Shown here one piece after another: positions 57,080-64,000 of a stretch of DNA of 64,000 nt. A program made the translations under genes and the position numbers. Source of the stretch: Planctomycetota bacterium (GTDB taxonomy: Bacteria; Planctomycetota; SZUA-567; H5-PLA8); assembly GCA_045863855.1 (NCBI GenBank), contig BTVV01000006.1:1-64000 (forward strand). The letters run 5' to 3'. The notes below the pieces were generated by a model. It made no database searches. It was not told the DNA's origin and saw only the letters and a program-made list of their open reading frames with translations. The number at the start of each line of letters is the position of its first letter. Position 1 is the stretch's first letter.

Positions 57080-57583
57080 ATGAGCTTGATCGAACAGTAC
57101 TTTCAGCAAACGGGCATGCTCCGAGGCTTCCAGACCAAGCTTCTGGACGGATTGGACGATGCTCAGGGCTACTGGCAGCCCAGTCCGAACATTCCACCCA
57201 TCGCTTGGCACTTGGGGCACATGATTTACGTCGAGGCTTCGGTCTTCCTGGGCCTCGTGAAGGGCGCGGCCGATCCGGAGATCGGGAGCTACCAGAAGCA
57301 TTACCGGATGGGGACTGTGCTGCCGGAACCGATCGCGGCGCTCCCCAAACTCTCCGAGGTCCGCAAACTGGGAGAAGCGTGGCGTCCGCGGGTGGCAGAG
57401 TTTCTGAAGACCCTGAATCCGCACGAACTCGAACGGCCGCTGAACGTTCCGGCCGGCATCGAGGTGCCCGCGTTTCTGAAAACAACGGGCGATTGCCTCC
57501 GCGCCTTGGCCGTTCACGAAGGACATCACAACGGCGAGATCAGCCTGTTGCGGCGTCTGCAGGGCTTGCAAGGATTCATTTGA
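57080..57583 (+). CDS. DinB family protein
   Basis: IAWHLGHM and HEGHHNGEI..LRR..G His triad. Confidence 0.88.
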   Translation: MSLIEQYFQQTGMLRGFQTKLLDGLDDAQGYWQPSPNIPPIAWHLGHMIYVEASVFLGLVKGAADPEIGSYQKHYRMGTVLPEPIAALPKLSEVRKLGEAWRPRVAEFLKTLNPHELERPLNVPAGIEVPAFLKTTGDCLRALAVHEGHHNGEISLLRRLQGLQGFI

Positions 57584-57620
57584 AACGCGGCGATTGCAGC
57601 ATGAATTAAGGATTTCAGCC

Positions 57621-58076
57621 ATGGTGAAGCGGGCAGACTCTTCCTTGATCCTGAACCTCTCGCGGGTATTGGATGCTTCGCGCGAACGGGTCTGGTACGC
57701 GTGGACCGATCCGCTCAGGCTCAAGGAATGGTTCGCACCCAGCGCGGGGATGGGTACTTGCCTGGCCGAAGTGGACTTCCGGCCTGGCGGCGCGTGGCGC
57801 ATCGGGATGGGACAGGCGCGGGATCCCATCTTGATTGCGGGCCGCTACCTCGAGATCGTTCCTCCGGAAAAGCTCGTCTTCACCTGGAACTGGCCTCCGG
57901 GCATGTTCGAATCCCTGCGCGAGACTCAGGTTACGATCTTGCTTAAGGATCTGGGCAGCGGAAAGACCGAACTGACCCTGCGCCACGAAGGCTTTAATAC
58001 CGCGCAGGAGCGCGACGACCACGCCTGGGGATGGAACGGCTGCCTGGGGCAATTGGCCGAACGGCTGGCGCGCTGA
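57621..58076 (+). CDS. SRPBCC (AHSA1/START-like) domain protein
   Basis: ERVWYAWTDP..L..WF, DFRPGG.WR, YLEIVPPEKLVFTW, TELTLRH, H..GW. Confidence 0.9.
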   Translation: MVKRADSSLILNLSRVLDASRERVWYAWTDPLRLKEWFAPSAGMGTCLAEVDFRPGGAWRIGMGQARDPILIAGRYLEIVPPEKLVFTWNWPPGMFESLRETQVTILLKDLGSGKTELTLRHEGFNTAQERDDHAWGWNGCLGQLAERLAR

Positions 58077-58394
58077 TTAATTGCTGGTCAGGAAATAGGC
58101 TGCGATTGCGGCGGCCAGCACCGTTACGGCGATGATTGCCGGGCGCAGCCATTCCATGCGCGCCTGTTCCTTAAGTTGCGGTAGCGCCACCGATTTGCGG
58201 GAAGTGGACGTTTCCGGCGACGCGGCAGCTTTGGCGCGCTCTTTATATTTGGTATAGCAGACCTTACAGACCGGCTTTTCGAACGCCGCGCTTTGGTAGG
58301 CTTCGCCTAACAATTCGATGCGGCAACTTGCGCAGCGTGCACCCATTTCGTGCACCGGCCGCAAATCAATCATCGACGAACTATCACCTGCCAT
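58077..58394 (-). CDS. Small Zn-ribbon protein with C-terminal TM helix
   Basis: CASC...CKVC and a terminal hydrophobic segment; start uncertain. Confidence 0.5.
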   Translation of the reverse strand: MAGDSSSMIDLRPVHEMGARCASCRIELLGEAYQSAAFEKPVCKVCYTKYKERAKAAASPETSTSRKSVALPQLKEQARMEWLRPAIIAVTVLAAAIAAYFLTSN

Positions 58395-58688
58395 GAAGCA
58401 CGCTCCCGTTGAAACCGCCAAGGCAAAGGCGAGTCTAGCTGAGCAACCATGTGGGGCCAGCCCAATCCCTCGAAAAAAGGTCCAAGAAAACGCTCCTTTC
58501 GACTTGGTCTCTTCTTGTATCGACTTACTCAGACTGCACTTGTGACCGGCGCAGGCGACTCGATGCGGTCCATCGCCGGGTACGACCTGTCCAATCGCGC
58601 TTGCCCCTCGGCGCGGCGCGAGTATGGTCACGCGCTTCCGGCGCAGCCCTTCGGCGCGCTAACCACCAAGTCCTCAAGGAGACGTAAC

Positions 58689-59105
58689 ATGCGCAAGCAT
58701 TGGATGGCCGGCGCGCTGGTGCTGGCTCTGACGTTCGTAACGAGCCACGTTCGGGCGGCAGAAGGCGATGAGAGGCTAAAGCTGCTCGAACCCACCGTTG
58801 ACAAGATGCTCAAGGCCTACAACGACGGCGACCACAAGACCTTCAACGGGGAGTACGCCAAGATGATGGCGGCCGTGGCCACCGAGCAGATGTTCACGAA
58901 CATGTTCATCAACATGTACAAGAAAGAGTACGGGAACTACGTCTCGAAGGAGTTGATCAAGAACGAGACGGTACTGACGGGCGATATGCCGCTGCTGGTC
59001 TTTCAGGCCAAGTTCGAGAAGAACGAGAAGATCAAAGTAAGCGTGAACTTCACCAAGGACGGCGACGCCCTGAAGGTGATGCAGATGCGCTTCGACAAGA
59101 TGTAA
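58689..59105 (+). CDS. Secreted small protein, DUF3887-like
   Basis: SD AAGGAG, signal peptide, ...YGNY.S...FQAKFEK. Confidence 0.7.
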   Translation: MRKHWMAGALVLALTFVTSHVRAAEGDERLKLLEPTVDKMLKAYNDGDHKTFNGEYAKMMAAVATEQMFTNMFINMYKKEYGNYVSKELIKNETVLTGDMPLLVFQAKFEKNEKIKVSVNFTKDGDALKVMQMRFDKM

Positions 59106-60284
59106 TCAAGTACTCTTGCGGGGAGCGCGGCGTCTGGAACGCGCGGGCTCCTTCGCGGGCGGTGCTTCGGCGGCCGGCGCCTCGGCAGGGGTTCCGGCCG
59201 CTTCCTTTTGCGCTCTGCGCCGTGCGCCGCCCCGGCGCCCCCGGCGCCTGCGTGGGCGTTCGGCCGCCGCGGCGCTCGCGGCGGCAGGATCTTCTTCCGA
59301 AATCCGCTGGCGCGCTTCCAGAGCCTGCGCTTCGGCTTCCGACAGGCGCGGGCCTTCGTCGTCCGCGTCGTCGTCGAGTACGGCCTCCGTCTCCGGCTGC
59401 GGCGGCGGATCGATGCGATCGGCAACGGGAGCGGCCCGAGGTGGCGAAGCGGCGGGAGAAGCCGCGGGCGCCGAACGGCCCGAGGTGCGCGCGCCGTTCT
59501 CTAATTCGGGGCCGAAACGCGTGACGATGTAGGTCCGGTTGCTTTCGTCGCGGCGCAGTTCCACCAGCCCGCGCGCCTGCGCGTCTTCCAGTAGCTTACT
59601 GAAGGTCTTGTAGCCGTAATAGCCCTCGTTGAACGCCGGGCGCTTGCGCTGCATGGTCTCCTTCACCATGCTCGACCAGAGCGTGTCCCGATTTTCGCGG
59701 CGCAGCGCCTCGCACGACTCGACCAGCAACTCGAAGAGTTTGCGGCGCTTCTCGTCCAGGCTCTCGGCCACCGGCTTAGGCACCACCGGCGCGATCACCG
59801 GCGCGGTCAGGTCTTCGTAGTAGATAAATTCGTCGCAGTTGTCACGGAGCAGTTCGCTGGTGCTGGCCTGCATGCCCAACCCGATCACATGCTTCCCATT
59901 CTCTTTCAGCTTGCTGACCAGCGGAGAGAAATCGCTGTCGCCGCTGACGATCACGATCGTATCGATGTGCTCTTTGCTGTAGCCCAGGTCCATGGCGTCC
60001 ACGACCAGCCGGATATCCGCGCTGTTTTTGCCCGTGATGTGCCGGCGCGGAATCTCGATCAATTCCACCGCGGCTTCGTGGAGGTCGGTCGTGTAATTCT
60101 GGAAGCGCTTCCAATCGGCGTACGCGCGCTTGACTACGATATTGCCCTTCTCGACCAGCCGGCGCAAAACGCGCGCGATGTCGAAGCGCATGTTCGGGCC
60201 GCGGAAGCCCAGCGCCAGGTTTTCGAAGTCGATGAAGACGGCCAACAGGCGGCGGCGTTCGGTGGGGATTGGCTGCGCATTCAT
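59106..60284 (-). CDS. NYN (LabA/DUF88) domain plus OST-HTH/LOTUS protein
   Basis: AVFIDFEN, KNSADIRLVVDAMD, SGDSDFSPL, CDEFIYY, F.E..YGY.TFS.LLE; disordered Arg-rich tail. Confidence 0.92.
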   Translation of the reverse strand: MNAQPIPTERRRLLAVFIDFENLALGFRGPNMRFDIARVLRRLVEKGNIVVKRAYADWKRFQNYTTDLHEAAVELIEIPRRHITGKNSADIRLVVDAMDLGYSKEHIDTIVIVSGDSDFSPLVSKLKENGKHVIGLGMQASTSELLRDNCDEFIYYEDLTAPVIAPVVPKPVAESLDEKRRKLFELLVESCEALRRENRDTLWSSMVKETMQRKRPAFNEGYYGYKTFSKLLEDAQARGLVELRRDESNRTYIVTRFGPELENGARTSGRSAPAASPAASPPRAAPVADRIDPPPQPETEAVLDDDADDEGPRLSEAEAQALEARQRISEEDPAAASAAAAERPRRRRGRRGGARRRAQKEAAGTPAEAPAAEAPPAKEPARSRRRAPRKST

Positions 60285-60467
60285 GATTGGAAGTCCTCGG
60301 GTACGGCGAACGGGCGTTACGCTACTCGGGTTCGGGTGTTTTCCGCAAGGCGGTCAGAGTGGGAACCGCAAATCGAGGCCCCGGAATCCCGCTATCGAGT
60401 TAATATTGCGCCGCATGGGGCCGGGTGCGAATCTGTTACCGTAATCGCTTCTTCCGGAGGGGTTTCC

Positions 60468-60983
60468 ATGATCCGCATACTGCAAGGCGACCTCACTGCG
60501 CAAGCGCTGGACGCGATCGTCAACGCCGCGAACACCGAATTAAAGCTCGGCTCCGGAGTGGCCGGGGCGATTCGCAAGCACGGCGGGCCTACGATCCAGC
60601 AGGAATGCGATGCGCACGGTCCGGTCGAACTGGGCGGCGCGGCGCTGACGGGGGCCGGCGACCTGCCCGCGAAGCATGTGATCCACGCCGCCGGAATGCA
60701 TCTGGGCGGGTCGGTCACGACTCGATCCCTGACCGATGCCACCCGCAACAGCCTCGACTTGGCCGAACGGCACCAACTCGTCAGTCTGGCCTTTCCCGCC
60801 ATTGGGACCGGCGTGGGCGGCTACGCACTCGCCGATTGCGCCCGCGTCATGCTTACGCTGGCCGACGAACACCTGCGCCGCCCCGGCGTGAGCTTGAAGG
60901 AAGTGCGGTTTGTGCTTTTCGACGCGCCAGCTTGCGAGGCCTTCCGGCAAGCGGCGCGGGACCTGGGCATCGAGACGGCATAG
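60468..60983 (+). CDS. Macro domain protein (YmdB-like)
   Basis: GDLT, DAIVNAAN..L..GSGVAGAI, VIHA, AFPAIGTGVGG; ATG 60468. Confidence 0.92.
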   Translation: MIRILQGDLTAQALDAIVNAANTELKLGSGVAGAIRKHGGPTIQQECDAHGPVELGGAALTGAGDLPAKHVIHAAGMHLGGSVTTRSLTDATRNSLDLAERHQLVSLAFPAIGTGVGGYALADCARVMLTLADEHLRRPGVSLKEVRFVLFDAPACEAFRQAARDLGIETA

Positions 60984-61127
60984 GAACCTCGAGTCGTTCA
61001 CAGGAATTCAGGCGGCGGCGTCGCGCCTGCTTTCTGACCTCTCGCATTTCGGCGCTCCATTAGAATCCGAAGCCATGAACCACCCGCCGCGACGCTGCGT
61101 TGATTGGGGTACAGGAGCGGGCCGGCG

Positions 61128-62963
61128 ATGAGCTTCGCGCACCCTTGGGCGCTTGTCTTGTTTCCCGCAGGCGTGGCGATCTTGCTGCTCCTACAGCTTT
61201 ACCGCGAACGCCGCCGCGAACTCTACGCGGGCAGCTTGCTGCTCTGGAAACGCGTAGCCGTTCAAGTCAGCGCTCCGCCGCGTACGCTGAACCTTCTCGA
61301 TCCTCCTTTTCTGCTCCAGGCCGCCGCACTGTTGGGTATCGCCTTTGCGCTGGCCGGTCCGGCGTGGCGTGGTCAGACGGCTCCAGGCCGGTTCGTGGCG
61401 ATCTTGTTGGATAACGGTCCCTCGGCGCGGGCTATGCTTCCTGGCGGCCGGCGCGGTTGGGAACTCGTGGAAGCTTCGGCGCACGAAGCGCTTGATGCGC
61501 TGCAATCCGATGATCGCGTGGCGCTGCTGGTGGCCGCGCCCGTACCGCGCCCGCTTACGCCGAGCGCCGGCGTCTCGCCGGACGAAGCGCGCTCCGTCCT
61601 CAAGCAGGTGCTGCCCGCGCTCACTGGTCCATCGGCGGGCGAAGCGGCTCGTGCGCTCTTGGATGCCGCACGCGCGCTGGGGCCAAACGATGCGCCTCCG
61701 GTGGCCTTGGCTTTTTCGATGCGCGAGGCTCCGGCGGATGCCGGCACAGCCGTGCATTGGACGACGCTCGGTCCAGGCGGGAGGCTCAATAACGCGGCGC
61801 TGGTGGCCCTGGGCAGCGAACAAGTCCCCCAGCCGGCGGCGGATGGGGGCGAGCGGGAAACCGAAGTGCTGGTCCAGGTGCGCAACTTTTCCGCCCATGC
61901 GGCAGTCGGCAAGGTTGCTTGGAGAACGCTCGACCCGCTAGGAGCGTTGCCCGGCTCGCGCGAGGTTCGGTTGCAGGCAAGCGGTCAAGCCGGCGATGCC
62001 GTAGGCGTGGCGTTTCGGGTGCCGGGCGAATCCCTTCCCTTTCTGGAAGTCCGTTGGAAGGACGAGGCCGGTCCCGACGCACTACCCGAAGACGACCGCC
62101 TGGTGCTGGCACCTCGCCCGCAGTCCGCGCCGCGGGTGCGCTTCCATGGCAACGCGCCAGCGGTGGAACTCCTTTTTCGAGCAGGCGCGCAAGCGGACCT
62201 GGCTGCACTCACCGATCCGAGCCCCGTCGACCTGGAGGTTTACGTCGATCAAGTGCCCGAGCAAGGCGCTCCCGACGGCGCACGAGCGCTTTTGCTGATC
62301 GCGCCGCCTGCGGCGTTCGCGTCCTTCGAGGTAGGCGGCGGAACGCTGAAGTATCCGAGCGTACGTGTGGGGGATGACGATCCGTTGACGCGTGGATTTG
62401 CGGCCGGTGGCGGTGGCTTGGCCTTGCCAGTCGCCGCCGCTCGCGAATTGGAAGCCGTCGCGAATTTGAAGATATTGCTACAGGATGCCACAGGCCGCCC
62501 TCTGGCGGCACGTTTCCGGTTGCCAGGGAACCGTCCCGGTTTCGTGCTCGCCTGGGCGCCGGGTGACGAACTGCAGAAGCAGAGCACGCATCAAGCGGCC
62601 GCGACGCTCTTGCTGCGCATGCTCCGCGAAGCGCACGGGAATCAAGAGCCGTACGCGGCGGCACGCGCGGCGGAGTTGGAACGCGCCGCTGCCGCGCCGC
62701 TTCCGTTGGAGGAGCCGGCCGGGTTAAGCCTCACGGCCGGATTCGGGGTGCTCGATATCGAAACCTCCGATCTCGCGCTGGGTGCGCCTCAAGCCGCCGC
62801 GCTCGACTGGGCAGCATTGCTTCCCGTCGCAACGCCGCGCGATTTGCCGCTATGGCCGTTGGGGGTGCTCCTCGCGCTATTGGCCTGGGTGGTGGAGTTA
62901 AGCTTGGGCCGGAGCCGCACGCGGGCAGGCGTGGCGATTGGGGCCGTGCCGGCAAATACCTAG
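61128..62963 (+). CDS. BatA domain plus degenerate VWA membrane protein
   Basis: MSFAHPWAL, SLLLW, LQ......ALA.P, LLDNGPS, C-terminal TM. Confidence 0.8.
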   Translation: MSFAHPWALVLFPAGVAILLLLQLYRERRRELYAGSLLLWKRVAVQVSAPPRTLNLLDPPFLLQAAALLGIAFALAGPAWRGQTAPGRFVAILLDNGPSARAMLPGGRRGWELVEASAHEALDALQSDDRVALLVAAPVPRPLTPSAGVSPDEARSVLKQVLPALTGPSAGEAARALLDAARALGPNDAPPVALAFSMREAPADAGTAVHWTTLGPGGRLNNAALVALGSEQVPQPAADGGERETEVLVQVRNFSAHAAVGKVAWRTLDPLGALPGSREVRLQASGQAGDAVGVAFRVPGESLPFLEVRWKDEAGPDALPEDDRLVLAPRPQSAPRVRFHGNAPAVELLFRAGAQADLAALTDPSPVDLEVYVDQVPEQGAPDGARALLLIAPPAAFASFEVGGGTLKYPSVRVGDDDPLTRGFAAGGGGLALPVAAARELEAVANLKILLQDATGRPLAARFRLPGNRPGFVLAWAPGDELQKQSTHQAAATLLLRMLREAHGNQEPYAAARAAELERAAAAPLPLEEPAGLSLTAGFGVLDIETSDLALGAPQAAALDWAALLPVATPRDLPLWPLGVLLALLAWVVELSLGRSRTRAGVAIGAVPANT

Positions 62964-63063
62964 CACCATTCGGCGCACGTTCACGACGGTCTTCAAAATC
63001 GAGAATAGGGGCGCCCGCCGTATGGCGATTGCCACCGCGCCCCGCTCTCGGTATAGAAACGTC

Positions 63064-63540
63064 ATGCAACGCTCGATTCGGACGGTTCTTCCTTTGGCGC
63101 TTTTGGCGCTCGTGCTTGCCGGTTGCTTCGGCGGTGGCGAACGCACCGATACCGCTCGCGCGGCAGCCGTGTCCTTCAGCGGCTACGCCTGGGACGGGCA
63201 GGCCAGCGGCTATACCTTCAAGACGACGACCGATCAGGCCGCGCAGGCCGGCTTGTCGGCGCTGCGTAAGCACGGCTTTATGGTCGAGCCGTACGACGCC
63301 AAGCGTTCGGGCGGCGCTCCGAAGCTGCGTGGGAAGACCAAGGCCAACCTCGACGCCGAGATCAACCTCCAGCTCGTTTCGCCCAGCACCGTGGACTGCA
63401 AGGTGAAGATCGGCTCGCTCGGCGACCGTACGGCGTCCGAGACCGTTCTCGAAAGCATGCGCGTTCAGCTCGAACGCTCGGAGCGTTCCGCGCCGCCTCC
63501 CGCGCCGGCCGCGAAGCCCGCCGAGAAGAAAGCGCCATGA
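63064..63540 (+). CDS. Lipoprotein, DUF3568-like
   Basis: Lipobox LAGC; VKIG..GD...SE..L. Confidence 0.65.
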   Translation: MQRSIRTVLPLALLALVLAGCFGGGERTDTARAAAVSFSGYAWDGQASGYTFKTTTDQAAQAGLSALRKHGFMVEPYDAKRSGGAPKLRGKTKANLDAEINLQLVSPSTVDCKVKIGSLGDRTASETVLESMRVQLERSERSAPPPAPAAKPAEKKAP

Positions 63541-64000
63541 GCCGCCCGGCGGGATTGCTGGAGCATGCCGGGCAAGCCGTGGGCTGGACACCGCTCGTCG
63601 AAATCCAACGCTTGGGCAAGGGACTTCCCGGCCGGGTCGCGGTGAAGCTGGAGTACTTCTCGCCCGGCGCGAGCATCAAGGATCGCCCGGCGCTCGCCAT
63701 CGTCGAAGCCGCCGAACGCGCCGGGGTGCTGCGCAAAGGCCAACGCATCGTCGAAAAGACGAGCGGAAACATGGGCGCGGGACTCGCCTGGGCCTGTGCG
63801 ATCAAAGGGTATCGTTTCACGGCGGTGCTGAGTGTCGGGAATACGCCCGAGCGCAGCCAGATGATCAAGGCCTTCGGCGCCGAAGTCGTTAAGGTTCGCC
63901 AGGCTCCCGGCGCCAAACCGGGGCAGGTCAGCAAAGAAGATTTGGATCTCGTCGAGGCCGAGACGCAAAAGCTGGTCAAGAAATACAAGGCGTTCCGGCC
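63537..64000 (+). CDS. PLP-dependent cysteine synthase family protein, truncated by window end
   Basis: ATG overlaps the lipoprotein stop (ATGA); own translation gives VGWTPLV, KLEYFSPGASIKDR, TSGNMG.GLA, FGAEV; absent from the ORF track because it has no stop. Confidence 0.9.
   Translation, partial: MSRPAGLLEHAGQAVGWTPLVEIQRLGKGLPGRVAVKLEYFSPGASIKDRPALAIVEAAERAGVLRKGQRIVEKTSGNMGAGLAWACAIKGYRFTAVLSVGNTPERSQMIKAFGAEVVKVRQAPGAKPGQVSKEDLDLVEAETQKLVKKYKAFR

Overview
GC-rich bacterial chromosomal window, about 50 CDS. Gene content (BatA/VWA proteins, DUF4175-like giant, BNR/PhyH/RraA clusters, hpnH, short P-II) suggests Planctomycetota/PVC; this is an inference. Housekeeping genes: hppA, rsfS, argC, P-II, tgt-yajC-secDF, argG, hpnH and a partial cysteine synthase. 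These alternate with accessory blocks: an AraC-PhyH-FAD oxidoreductase-sialidase-like-RraA operon, a GntR/LacI regulator with a large CBM/GH123-like secreted protein, a second GntR/LacI regulator with three secreted beta-propellers and an ABC pair, and an ArsR-SRPBCC-DinB-SRPBCC operon. No rRNA, tRNA, CRISPR array, integrase or transposase was seen. Top finding: a 150-aa ORF between yajC and secDF with an N-terminal hydrophobic segment and a C-terminal RGPP motif, plus RNA pairing that could hide the secDF start. It is a candidate ribosome-arrest 'monitoring substrate' controlling an unusually expanded SecDF. All calls come from reading motifs by eye; no database searches were run.
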